A stretch of DNA of 64,000 bases from a virus. The notes beneath the pieces were generated by a model that was not told the origin of the DNA, made no database searches, and worked only from the letters and a program-made list of their open reading frames with translations. The stretch lies in the IMG/VR virus record IMGVR_UViG_3300025617_000009, positions 51,085 to 115,084 of that record. One strand, written 5' to 3'. A program made the translations under genes and the position numbers. This document shows, one piece after another, positions 10,201 to 18,474 of the stretch. Numbering within the stretch: the first letter of the stretch is position 1; each line of letters begins with the position of its first letter.

Positions 10201-11750
10201 TAATTACCTATAACTTTAATATAACTTACACCAGTATCTTCTCGCACAGGTACAACACTTAATCCGTTTTCGATAATATTAGTTGTATCATCTAACAGTA
10301 CTTCTAGTTTTGTTACTGCTGCAGGTTCTGACGTTTTAGTTAAATCTATAACTTGTGTATTAACATTTTGTCTAGCATATAAAAATTCTGTATTTGTTAA
10401 CACAAAATCTAAAATTAGTTTCTTTAAAAAAGTATGTCCTTCAACTTCTGCTAATCTGTTACCGTCTACTTGCGAAACATCACCGTCCCAGAACAAACTG
10501 ATAGCATCTATAGTGTTTGTGTTTCCACCATAACGAATATCATACAAATATGCATCAATAGCATAACCGACATCTCTCTGACACTTGCTGGCATTAAATG
10601 TATAGCCTGCAAAAATACTATACACACTGCCGCCGTCAGCACTTACAAACGTGTGTTCACTAGTGTTTGAACTAATACCTACATCTACTGTAATAGTATT
10701 TGTACTAGTTGCTACGATTTCTACAGGTTTGTTATAAGCATAATCAGCATCAGGTTTTCTTATTGCACCGTCAATAGCGCCTACAAATGTGTGTACGCTA
10801 GTGTCACTGCTTATACCTACATTTACTGTAATAGTCGTTGCTGTAGTTGCTGTGATACTTACTAGAGTGTTAAACACATAATCTTTCCCGCCAGGTGCAT
10901 TAGATCCTGTTGATCTTGGATATGTGTGATTAGTAGTGTTACCATCTAAAGCACAAGTAAATGTTAAACTATTTTCTACGATTCTTATATCGTCGCCTTG
11001 ACTAAAATCATGGGCGCCTATAGTTAAGGTCATTACCCCAGTTGTCGGTGTGTAAACAGCATTTGTTGGAGTGTATTTTTTACCTGCTGAACTACCTGTA
11101 GCACGAGGATATGTGTGATTAGTAGCATCGTTGTCTAGCGCACAAGTAAATGTTAAACTGTCTTCTTGAATACGAATAAAATCGCCTAACTCGTAATCGT
11201 GCGCACCAATCGTTAGCTGCATTAATCCTGTAGCAGGATCATATGAAGCATCTGTAGGAGTATAAGGAACTAGGATACTGTTTGCTTTTCCACGAACAAA
11301 TGTGTGAACACTTGTGTCACTGCTTATGCCTACGTTAACTGTAATAGTTGTCGATGTAGTACTGTCAACTCGAATAGGATTATTACTATAAGGATCTGTT
11401 CCTGTTTGGTTAGGAACACCTATTGAACGAGGATATGAATGTTCTGTTGCATTGTTGTCATAGCCGCATGTAAATACTAAACTATTGCCGCTAATTCTAA
11501 TGTAATCACCGACGTTAAGTGAGTGTGTCCCTATAGTGATTTCCATTACACCTGTTGTCGGTGTATAAACAGCATTTGTCGGAGTATATGTTGTACCAAC
11601 ATGGGCAATTTGATCAGTCAACCATTCTGTTACTTCTTTCTGCAAAAATGTTTTATTTTGCTGTAGTAAGTAATATGCATTAGGTGCTAAGTTATCTGTG
11701 TAACTAATGCCTGGATGAAATACATAATCATAAATTCTTTTCTTTGCCAT
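4239..11750 (-). CDS. Giant (2503 aa) virion structural/fibre-like protein with internal repeats
   Basis: Gly/Thr/Ser-rich beta-type composition, two internal repeat families, located in the late structural region. Confidence 0.7.
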   Translation of the reverse strand: MAKKRIYDYVFHPGISYTDNLAPNAYYLLQQNKTFLQKEVTEWLTDQIAHVGTTYTPTNAVYTPTTGVMEITIGTHSLNVGDYIRISGNSLVFTCGYDNNATEHSYPRSIGVPNQTGTDPYSNNPIRVDSTTSTTITVNVGISSDTSVHTFVRGKANSILVPYTPTDASYDPATGLMQLTIGAHDYELGDFIRIQEDSLTFTCALDNDATNHTYPRATGSSAGKKYTPTNAVYTPTTGVMTLTIGAHDFSQGDDIRIVENSLTFTCALDGNTTNHTYPRSTGSNAPGGKDYVFNTLVSITATTATTITVNVGISSDTSVHTFVGAIDGAIRKPDADYAYNKPVEIVATSTNTITVDVGISSNTSEHTFVSADGGSVYSIFAGYTFNASKCQRDVGYAIDAYLYDIRYGGNTNTIDAISLFWDGDVSQVDGNRLAEVEGHTFLKKLILDFVLTNTEFLYARQNVNTQVIDLTKTSEPAAVTKLEVLLDDTTNIIENGLSVVPVREDTGVSYIKVIGNYNNADFLLMTNTDRGEIIYNFAKAELGGFLEYHTEEDDDFPKFLDKTDAVTIVNLFADTTGQDAADDIQIFIDEKELRTRPFDFGTDAIERMRVAPPLSMLDADFEYGLQPTKWSAIGTLRGYPSTYEVVGTELNITSATTDASIGSQGVGSSVITVTTAGAHTLEEGDPVVVKALDLGVVGAARAEGTFIVTSTPATNEFTYLAKAKVGTTSGEEMATNFTVLRKAGFYTGATIGSPEFTIDSQGSSGVMTAALNVPIGSDFIPFEDDVPEIGSPLSGNGINQGTQVTGIVGAGGTVVSPNVTNDAPAGSTSVNVDSVTGILPGLAVDRGDGVGVTVLNVVGNTVNLSDELSSTIIGNVVDYIGVNASADLVIGSGAEFTISRAGGSYTIDAITQAGTNYDAGEEILVDGADLGGLSSTNDATITISTVDSSGGILTATIAGAAFDGNASYTSIEGNYQHGNGAGASFDVTWEDNVYSLDTSNPTYTNVTGTTQQGNGSGVLFDVTWSSTGFSDVQLSGAATSGYAVNDIIQITGSNLGGTTPANDLYIKVTGVDGTGAITTFTYDSSGAPSTSRLYGGLDFDTGTGTNAQFDITTDNQNYLVNITNAGSGYTNGDSKVVTGDLLGGATPANDVTITISSVDVGGEILTVNVSGTAVDEETRESLSTSNIVGSGATFDVEVSASSYVVTVNNAGTNYASDQTILITGDQIGGSSPTNDLTVDITAITAGSETTLLGTISTISGSGTALPTMSGYVENDKLLISGVTIPNGAVTTNDIVITVTGVDGSGYITSYTFTGTAPDVVESYSAVTQSTTNGIGTGASFNIDKNADVYSVTLFAAGVDYAPTNTITILGSELGGDDGTNNLTITVNTVDVNGEILTFSIAGTAANRDVVNGLGLTADNIVGSGATWDVDIVNGVYSVTEADVGINYGVGQTVIIPGTSVGGASPTNDIEVTVTAIGTNGSIASSTFTGTAAGDVGTYTAVSGSNITINGSGATFNVTRDSGSYTSVTLVSTGVSYETGNRLIISGNDLGGVDGVNDILITVTDVDSAGSIVTFTDSGTAVAGAALDFISSVTLSESTVGGITNGDTISFSALATILVTFETAHGLIPGSGFNVVINSDDGVNNHNLANGPYIATSVPDALTLTYQARAPGAIDDNDVIAGNIYPKPDSFFIHRPYDGGVQLGTGGPQHGAQAIRQSKKYIRYQSGKGIMYTTGALFAPSYDILSISADNVEIGSTITVTTDENDHGLQVGGQIRIIGVETPGYNHDYTVTDIVNERTFRVTAQYRLGSTDPVIGFGAQISTVAWNGATVRSGIFDDQNGIFWEYDGTYLSVVQRTSTKQLAGTIAIDSDSSLVTGTGTRFRDQVKAGDRIVIKGMTHVISGVTSQTEMTVTPDFRGVVNISGAKACLITDKKIRQQDFNLDRLDGTGASKYNIDPAKMQMIGIQYSWYGAGFIDFMVRGADGNFVYAHRIRNSNVNTEAYMRSGNLPVRYEVTNEGANDRLSADMTPSQDFIPLQDASFFPPSGGTVYIDNELISFTGVDIDNNRLTGCTRSANLTNFNAGAQRSYTAGSAASHSNRTGVVLVSNTITPLISHWGSSFITDGNFDEDRGYIFSYTEQSIPVSTIKQTAFLLRLAPSVSNAITGDLGERELLNRAQLLIQGIEISSDGVDPANSNAPITGGIVVEGVLNPQNYPDNPANIVWSGLSSEAQGGQPSFAQIAAGGSVQWSTGQSAVQANITAQSAITGTATTSFFMNANNADYIYMTRDSVNNIGLEAGDSLVSAAGGATFPAGTTVRRIENSWQNNYIVRLNQRFSGRIQDSETITFSRGGDLVGRNFMLATAASLTASGASVGTDVVATTAGNFPANTKIQSISEEEFAGTIYYRIIFNNSYNGTLVAGTGTITVEFVEPPYAQPGETVFSFIATPGERANLNLDTLKELTNTTLGGRGTFPNGPDVLAINVYKTSGADTTSNIILRWGEAQA
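7020..9070 (-). repeat. Coding repeats (~70-80 aa) GxGAxFxV...GxxYxxGxxIxIxGxxLGGxxPxNDxxIxVxxV
   Basis: About eight recurrences (LGGLSSTND, LGGTTPAND, LGGATPAND, IGGSSPTND, LGGDDGTNN, VGGASPTND, LGGVDGVND...). Boundaries approximate. Confidence 0.8.
10640..11590 (-). repeat. Three ~100-aa coding repeats YTPTxAxYxPxTG...FTCxxDxxxTxHxYPR...TITVxVGISSxTSxHTFV
   Basis: Visible at protein and DNA level, e.g. gttgtcggtgt(g/a)taaacagcatttgt at ~11041 and ~11554. Confidence 0.85.
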
Positions 11751-11752
11751 TA

Positions 11753-12823
11753 TTATAATCCAAATGCTATCGAGAACGCAATATCTTGCGTGTCTACATA
11801 ATCTTTATTTGTTATATCGTTGTTGTCTACAGGTTCACTAGACACTGTTGCACTGGTAAAACTAGCAGTGCTAGGTGTAGTTAATCCTATTGTAGTGTTA
11901 TTTATTGAACTATTAGTAATGTCCATATTTTCTGCACTACTATTTCTAATATCTAATATAAGGCCTTGAGCATCAATAGTACCAATCTGAGAACTACCTA
12001 TTTGTATAGATATTTCATTATCAGCATTAAATGCTAGATCAGTTGTCGATACAATACTAAATGTTTCTACTTCGTCTGCTGAAACAGAGTCTGCTCTTAA
12101 ATAATCACCTACAGTTAAAGAGCCTGCTAGACTCATAGAGCCCTGTGATGTAATCGAGCCTTGTGCTGTTATCGAGCCTTGTGTTTCAATAGCACCTTGC
12201 GAAGTAATACTTCCACCGATGTTTACGTCTTTTGCAATGCCTGCGCCGCCAGCAAGAACAAATCCGCCCGTAGTTGTACTTGAACTTTCTGTAGTACTAG
12301 ATAAACTTAGATTGTTTAACAGTGATGTTCCTGTAACAGTTAACTGTTCAAAAATACCCACTCCGACTACAGTAGGAAGAGTTACTGTAATAATACCCGA
12401 AGATGTAAATGTTCCGTTAGCATAAAACAATCTATCAGGAGCATCTACTGGTACTTTAAATGTTAATGTACCTTGACGCTTTCCTTGAGCACTAGCTCCG
12501 TCAAATACATCACCGCCTATGTCTACAAACTGTAGTCCATTACTATATAACACACCAGGACGTTCGTAGATATTAAAATCTGCATTGCTGTCTAGTGTAA
12601 GCGTAAACTGATATGTTTCACCTTTAATTATTGTTATTCCAGGATTTCCAGTCTCATCATTGATAATAAATGTTGTACCTGAGTTAGTTACAACAAAGTT
12701 ACTGGTGTCTGCTTGACTTGCAAGCGAAATAGATTTAGCAGCAATATTACCTTCGTCATCCACAGTAAAGCCTGGACTTTTAAATCCATGCTCTGCGCTT
12801 AACGGTTTATAGTTTACTGCCAT
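11753..12823 (-). CDS. Fibre-like structural protein with degenerate cupredoxin-like N-domain and hydrophobic C-terminus
   Basis: GETYQF...LTFKVPVDAPDRLFY domain, GGAGIAKDVNIGG fibre motif, SITxQG repeats, TNKDYVD, ends IAFSIAFGL. Has its own late promoter and AGGAG SD. Confidence 0.6.
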   Translation of the reverse strand: MAVNYKPLSAEHGFKSPGFTVDDEGNIAAKSISLASQADTSNFVVTNSGTTFIINDETGNPGITIIKGETYQFTLTLDSNADFNIYERPGVLYSNGLQFVDIGGDVFDGASAQGKRQGTLTFKVPVDAPDRLFYANGTFTSSGIITVTLPTVVGVGIFEQLTVTGTSLLNNLSLSSTTESSSTTTGGFVLAGGAGIAKDVNIGGSITSQGAIETQGSITAQGSITSQGSMSLAGSLTVGDYLRADSVSADEVETFSIVSTTDLAFNADNEISIQIGSSQIGTIDAQGLILDIRNSSAENMDITNSSINNTTIGLTTPSTASFTSATVSSEPVDNNDITNKDYVDTQDIAFSIAFGL

Positions 12824-12840
12824 TAATAACTCCTATATTG

Positions 12841-12848
12841 TATTTATG
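12841..12848 (-). promoter_or_regulatory. T4-type late promoter CATAAATA
   Basis: Matches the TATAAATA-type box, 17 nt upstream of the 12823 ATG with an AGGAG SD between. Confidence 0.65.
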
Positions 12849-14790
12849 ACACTATGATTTGTCCGGTCATTGCACTGTGAAACTGACAGATATAATAGTA
12901 AGTACCAGGTGTACTAGGAGTCCATGACACTTGTCCGGTTTGTAAACCGTTATTAGTTACTCCGCTTGCTTGACTTCCTGTTCCTGTAACCTGAGATGTT
13001 TTAATATAAAACGGATGTCCTGATGCGTTAACATTAAATAATAACGTGTCGCCAGAGTTACATGTCACTGTTGCATTTGTGCCTGTAAAATCTCCGCTTA
13101 ATGTATATGATCCTGCTCCTGCATTTGTTACATTTATTGTATACGTTGCTCCAGATCCTCCAGGAACAGCATCATCCGGTGTAGTATCAAACTCGTAACC
13201 AACATTAGATATTGTAAATGTACCTTTAGTTTCAACAGGTTGTGTTTGAAATGGACTTATTAACACTCTATTAGGACTGCCCAGCAATGCATCGCCGTCA
13301 GTGTAATCCGTATCGCTGGTATTGTTTATTTCTTCTTTAGACAAGTCAATAACTTTGTTAAGCACTTCTTCTGGTGTAGCATTGGGTTGCATCTGTAAGT
13401 AACACGCAACAAATCCAGCAACCTGAGGAGATGCCATAGATGTGCCGCCTATTTTCATAATTTTATATGTAGGATCATCTGGATAGTCTGATACCAGTCC
13501 TCGTGTATCATAACTCGAATCTCGTTCTTGACTAGTTGTACTTGTAATATGTGTGCCTGGAGCCCAGATATTTACGGCTGGGCCTCGTTGACTACTACTA
13601 GCAGTAGTATCAAGATTATTAACTATATCACTGTTAATATTGCCAACATTAAACGCTCTGTCTGAATAAGGACTGCCGCCTCTGTGATAGTTATATGTTT
13701 GAGATGTGGTGTCGTTTACATCTGTGTAAACAGTAAACGTGTTATTGTAGTCATCACCGTTCGGTATATCTTGTTTGTAATAATCATTACCTGAAGCTAG
13801 ACAAACATGTATGCCGGCGTCTATCATATCTTCTATTTCAGCATCAGCAACAGCTGATCTTACCGGAAAACGTCTGTAATTATCACTGTCTGGAATATTA
13901 AACTGCGGCACAATGCCGTAACTTTGCCAAAGTGCAAAATCGTTTTGAGTAGTATATGTCCAAGCAGCGCCTCTATAGTTGCCACTAATAGGAGAACCAA
14001 ATGCGCGACTAATAAATCCCCAACTCATGTTTACTACTGTAGGACGACCATTTGTTTTAGCAGCATGCCATAATCTAATAGCATCAAATGCAAATGTGCT
14101 ACTAATACCTGTTCCGTCGGTCCCGTTTAGTGTTTCTAAACCTAGTAGTTTTTGACTATAAATGTGAGCGCCTTTTGCCCATCCGTAAGTTTTACCTGCA
14201 ACTATACCTGCACAATGAGTTCCGTGACCGTCTCTGTCCCTATAATGATCTGCACTTTGTGTAAATGCTAGGCCGCTTTCTGTTGCCCAGTTTATTTGAG
14301 CTAATCTTGAATTTCCGTCTGCATCGTTCCATTCAGGGTGATTAGGATCGATACCTGAATCTTGTATTACTATATCTACACCTGTTCCATCTAGAGGATA
14401 TACATAATCTTGATTTGTATTATTATATGCTGTAGTGGTTTGTGATAAAACTTTTGATCTATATAGCCCCCAGTTTACATGATTACTCGAAACAACATTA
14501 CCTCTATAAAACAAAGAAGTTTGCGAGCCTAAAGGTACTATTTCTATATCTGGATTATCTTCTATTGGAAGCTCAACATCAATAACACTGGGATTATTTT
14601 TTAAATCTGCTGCTTCTTGGTCATTAAGCATATAATGAATAATCCTAGTTGACCCAGGACGTAGATTTGCAACATCGACATTTCTTGCTGGTATTGTTTC
14701 ATTACCGTATTGAGAAGTCATAAAAGCATCAAACTCTGCTTTGTTAACTCCTTTTTTAAGTACTACTAGATATTCTCTTTCGTTTGCCAT
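12844..14790 (-). CDS. Subtilisin-family (S8) serine protease with N-terminal prodomain and C-terminal cupredoxin domain
   Basis: Catalytic triad motifs VIQDSG, GHGTHCAG and GGTSMASP. C-terminal GHPFYI...YYYICQFHSAMTG carries type-1 copper ligands. Confidence 0.9.
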   Translation of the reverse strand: MANEREYLVVLKKGVNKAEFDAFMTSQYGNETIPARNVDVANLRPGSTRIIHYMLNDQEAADLKNNPSVIDVELPIEDNPDIEIVPLGSQTSLFYRGNVVSSNHVNWGLYRSKVLSQTTTAYNNTNQDYVYPLDGTGVDIVIQDSGIDPNHPEWNDADGNSRLAQINWATESGLAFTQSADHYRDRDGHGTHCAGIVAGKTYGWAKGAHIYSQKLLGLETLNGTDGTGISSTFAFDAIRLWHAAKTNGRPTVVNMSWGFISRAFGSPISGNYRGAAWTYTTQNDFALWQSYGIVPQFNIPDSDNYRRFPVRSAVADAEIEDMIDAGIHVCLASGNDYYKQDIPNGDDYNNTFTVYTDVNDTTSQTYNYHRGGSPYSDRAFNVGNINSDIVNNLDTTASSSQRGPAVNIWAPGTHITSTTSQERDSSYDTRGLVSDYPDDPTYKIMKIGGTSMASPQVAGFVACYLQMQPNATPEEVLNKVIDLSKEEINNTSDTDYTDGDALLGSPNRVLISPFQTQPVETKGTFTISNVGYEFDTTPDDAVPGGSGATYTINVTNAGAGSYTLSGDFTGTNATVTCNSGDTLLFNVNASGHPFYIKTSQVTGTGSQASGVTNNGLQTGQVSWTPSTPGTYYYICQFHSAMTGQIIVS

Positions 14791-14791
14791 A

Positions 14792-16129
14792 TTAACTAAA
14801 ACTTGTTAAGTTTCCTAGAACTACCCAACTATTGCTAGTTCTTATAAATGTAAAGTTAAACACATCCTTTGCATTTGCATTACCACTAGGAACAGAACCA
14901 CCTACCCAGTTTACAGTTTGTGCAGAGCCATCGATCTGTACTACACTTACTGAATCTGCATTTGCTGTTTGATCTACAACCACTGCAAAACTAATAGTTT
15001 TGTTATTTGTAGTAGGAACATTTTGGAAGTTTAATGTTGCTGTTACGCTTCCTGATCCTGTTAGATAAAAGATTTGTGCGTTTTGTGTGTTTAAGTTAGT
15101 TGTTGTACTTAAACTACTTGCTACTAATGTTTCAGTACTTCTAGTTATATCAAACAAATCAGCACTTATACTGTCGCTTACAACGACACCGCCTGGAGCA
15201 GTAATAGTTAAGTTAGAACCACTTACTATTTCAGGAGGCCCTGTACCGTCATTTATAAAACTTGTTGCAGTAACAGTATTAACTTCTAGATCGGTAGTTG
15301 GATCTATACTTCCGCCGCCGCCGGCATTTGCATCAACATAGGCTTTTACAGTTGATTCTGTTGCTAGTGCTGTTGCTCTATTGCTAGCAATATCAGTACT
15401 AATAGAATTTATAGTTCTTCCGCCTATTGTTAAAGAACTAGGAGATGCTGCGCCTGTAAAGTTTGCATAGTTTAAGAAATAAGTGCTGTCTTGTCCGTCT
15501 AATGTATCTGCGTCTAAGCCAGTACCGCCACTAGTAATATCAGCAGCAGGCGCCCACTGATTACCATCCCATTTTAATACTTGGCCGCTCGTTGGAGTGT
15601 TACTGCTTACATTTGTTAAATCTTCTAATGCAAGTGCAGAAGAACCTCCTGACTGATCTGTAGGAACCCAAGCAGAACCGCTCCATGCAATAACTTGATC
15701 TTGTGTTGGCGGAGTACTTAGGTCAACGTCGTCTAACGAACCTAATGTGCCTGCATATGCTACAGTTTGTAATGAATCTGTATAGTTGTTTATACCACCT
15801 AATACAGAGTTATCTGAAAGTAATTTGCTCCACGTTCCGTTATGTGCATAGTATAATGCGCCTGTTGCAGTTACTTGTGCAATAGAACCTTGATATGTGG
15901 TTGCATCGGGCAAGTCGCCTACTGTAGCATAAACAAAACTTACTTTATTAGATTTGCCGCTAACATCTATTTCAAGATTATTATTTACTACATCTAATAG
16001 TCCAGTTCCGTTTCCAAGACTGCCATATATCTCGTTGAAGTTGTCATTAATTTTATCACCGCCTGACCTTAGGGTATCGCCCGTTCCGTCATTTGCTGAT
16101 ATACCTAAGTTTAATGCTTGTTTAGCCAT
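14792..16129 (-). CDS. Baseplate/fibre protein with T4 gp9/gp10-type N-terminal domain
   Basis: MAKQALNLGISANDGTGDTLRSGGDKINDNFNEIY resembles the T4 gp10 N-terminus. It is followed by LxDV...GQVLKWDGxxW fibre motifs. Confidence 0.7.
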   Translation of the reverse strand: MAKQALNLGISANDGTGDTLRSGGDKINDNFNEIYGSLGNGTGLLDVVNNNLEIDVSGKSNKVSFVYATVGDLPDATTYQGSIAQVTATGALYYAHNGTWSKLLSDNSVLGGINNYTDSLQTVAYAGTLGSLDDVDLSTPPTQDQVIAWSGSAWVPTDQSGGSSALALEDLTNVSSNTPTSGQVLKWDGNQWAPAADITSGGTGLDADTLDGQDSTYFLNYANFTGAASPSSLTIGGRTINSISTDIASNRATALATESTVKAYVDANAGGGGSIDPTTDLEVNTVTATSFINDGTGPPEIVSGSNLTITAPGGVVVSDSISADLFDITRSTETLVASSLSTTTNLNTQNAQIFYLTGSGSVTATLNFQNVPTTNNKTISFAVVVDQTANADSVSVVQIDGSAQTVNWVGGSVPSGNANAKDVFNFTFIRTSNSWVVLGNLTSFS

Positions 16130-16131
16130 TT

Positions 16132-16653
16132 TTATCCCCGATCAAACGTTACACTAATTCCATCAAAGGTTAGTGAAATATTGTCAAATGTTGACGAACC
16201 AGCGAGATCAAACTCTTGAGCCACTGTTTCTTTTTGTCTCTGATATAAAGGATGATTATTTTTAAAGTATGTGGCACTAAAAAATACACTTGCGCCTGCT
16301 AAAGAAATATCGTTATCTGTAACTTTTGGCGTAGCATTAACAACAACATAACTGTCAGTTATTTCAGCAGTTATGTCAACAATGTCTTCGTTTAACCCAG
16401 CTCTTGCATATGGCAAAACAGAAGTTGTCGAGCCGCCTGCAACCACAATACATTTTATTATTTCTTTGACATTGTGATCAAAGTCTGCTATTATAGTATA
16501 TTCTGCGCCAGCAAACTCTCCGAGTTCGAATCTGTCAATCTCAGTTTTATCATAGAGTTCAATCCAGGGTCCTTGAACACTCAAGTTTACTCCTGGATTA
16601 AATTGTACAGTTTTTCTTGGTCCGGTTGAGAAATACTGGTCTAATGGTAACAT
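16132..16653 (-). CDS. Hypothetical structural protein with C-terminal TFD heptad repeats
   Basis: 173-aa ORF after a late promoter and AAGGA. Ends STFDNISLTFDGISVTFDRG. Confidence 0.6.
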   Translation of the reverse strand: MLPLDQYFSTGPRKTVQFNPGVNLSVQGPWIELYDKTEIDRFELGEFAGAEYTIIADFDHNVKEIIKCIVVAGGSTTSVLPYARAGLNEDIVDITAEITDSYVVVNATPKVTDNDISLAGASVFFSATYFKNNHPLYQRQKETVAQEFDLAGSSTFDNISLTFDGISVTFDRG

Positions 16654-16674
16654 ACTACATCCTTTATGTAGTAT

Positions 16675-16682
16675 TATTTATC
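16675..16682 (-). promoter_or_regulatory. Late promoter GATAAATA
   Basis: Consensus match at a gene junction, upstream of the 16653 ATG. Confidence 0.6.
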
Positions 16683-18471
16683 AGTTTTTTACAACTACCA
16701 TTTTACCTAATTCAGGGAGGAACAAGTATTCAATATCGCTTTCTTTCAGTGTACGTACAGCATCATCTAGTGTTTCAACAAGTGGCTCACCTCCTAGATT
16801 AAATGACGTATTAAAGATGATTGGTACGCCTGTACGTTCATAGAATGCTTTAATAATATTATAATAATGTTTGTTTTGTTCAGCATTAACTGTTTGGATG
16901 CGACAAGTGCCGTCCACATGAATAATGCTTGGAATTTTTTCTTCAACTCCTGGTTGACAATCCATTGCATACATCATATGCGGAGATGACTCCATGCCTT
17001 TCATGTCAAACCATTCATGTGCATATTCTTCTAAAATACTACCTGCGAACGGACGAAAGTACTCTCTGTGTTTAACACTGTTAACAAAATCTTTACCATT
17101 CGGATCTGTTGGATCGTAGAGAATACTTCTGTTACCTAATGCCCTAGGGCCATTTTCTGCACGACCTTGAAATACTGCAACAATATTTTTACTAGTAATT
17201 AAATCAATAACTTTTTCGTAGTCTGCATCAATTATTTCTACAATAGAATCTTCAAAATTTAAATCTATTTCTGTGATGTTGTATTTCGGTCCAAGATATA
17301 ACGAATGACCTGGTCGAATTGTATTATCTTCTTCTAATGCATGGTGAAATAATAGAGCAGCACCGAGAGCCGTTCCTGCATCTGAGCTAATAGGTTCTAC
17401 ATAAAGTTTAATATCTTTTTCGTTAAGTGTATCAAGATAATAATAGTTTGCAACACAATTTAGCGCATAACCGCCTGAAAGCACAACATTTTTTTTACCT
17501 GTCATTTCTACTGCTTTTAAAATAATATTAAGAATTTGTTCTTGAGTTTCTTTTTGTAATGCATATGCAAGATTTCGACGACTTGTTAGTTCAGTTAAAT
17601 CTTGTCCTTCTTCAGGCATTTCGTCAAGAGTTCCATATAAATCACTATTAACTATACTGCCGTTAGGATATCTAGGAATAATAATGTTCCTATTACTTAA
17701 TGGATATTTAGAATCTTTATCGAACAATGGAGGAATACTATCGTCTGGTTTACCATATGGGCTTAGACCCATAGTTTTTCCTGCTTCGATAGAAGAAAAT
17801 CCACAATATTCTGTTACACCTTCGTATACTTTAGTTACACCGCTTCTGTCACTAATTATTGCATCATGAAATTTATCTGGCTCTCCAAATCTATCGCTTG
17901 GCATTTTTGTAATACCTGAAGGAACAGGATCTCTCACACCATAAACCTTAAATTTAGTTTCAAACTCTGCAGGATATGCGCAATCCGTAATAGTTTCTAC
18001 TTCGTAACTCATTACTTGTTCGTTGCCAATTTGTAGAGGAATAAACGTTCCTGCACCATCAACCGATACAGCAACAGCATCTTCAAACCCTGAACGATAA
18101 AACGCACAAGCAGCATGTAATTTATGATGCATATTTGCTAGATCAATAACTTGCGGATGATCGTCCCTGCCGTGATGATTACGTTTGATGAGACCTAGTT
18201 TTCTTGCAATACCTGTATAAACATCGTCTCCTGTATAATCTACTCGGCCGGCAGTCTCGTATAAAGGCTGTGTATGTGCTATTACAAGATAATCTAATCT
18301 GTCTGTATAATCTAAAATTTTAACCATACTAGCAAAAGGGCCGCCGTCATATTTTTGACGACTAAATCTTTCTTCTTCGCTGGCAAAAACAATTTCACCG
18401 TCTTTTAAAAGACATACTCCTGCATTATGTCCTCTTGCTATTGCTGCTATCCACAATGGACGTTTTTTCAT
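16681..18471 (-). CDS. O-carbamoyltransferase (CmcH/NodU/TobZ family)
   Basis: EEERFSRQK, HHKLHA (metal), VDGAG, AGKTMGLSPYG, SGGYALNCVAN, DAGTALGAA, ENGPRALGNRS, REYFRPFA, HVDGTCRIQTV, NTSFN. Confidence 0.92.
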   Translation of the reverse strand: MKKRPLWIAAIARGHNAGVCLLKDGEIVFASEEERFSRQKYDGGPFASMVKILDYTDRLDYLVIAHTQPLYETAGRVDYTGDDVYTGIARKLGLIKRNHHGRDDHPQVIDLANMHHKLHAACAFYRSGFEDAVAVSVDGAGTFIPLQIGNEQVMSYEVETITDCAYPAEFETKFKVYGVRDPVPSGITKMPSDRFGEPDKFHDAIISDRSGVTKVYEGVTEYCGFSSIEAGKTMGLSPYGKPDDSIPPLFDKDSKYPLSNRNIIIPRYPNGSIVNSDLYGTLDEMPEEGQDLTELTSRRNLAYALQKETQEQILNIILKAVEMTGKKNVVLSGGYALNCVANYYYLDTLNEKDIKLYVEPISSDAGTALGAALLFHHALEEDNTIRPGHSLYLGPKYNITEIDLNFEDSIVEIIDADYEKVIDLITSKNIVAVFQGRAENGPRALGNRSILYDPTDPNGKDFVNSVKHREYFRPFAGSILEEYAHEWFDMKGMESSPHMMYAMDCQPGVEEKIPSIIHVDGTCRIQTVNAEQNKHYYNIIKAFYERTGVPIIFNTSFNLGGEPLVETLDDAVRTLKESDIEYLFLPELGKMVVVKN

Positions 18472-18474
18472 TTT

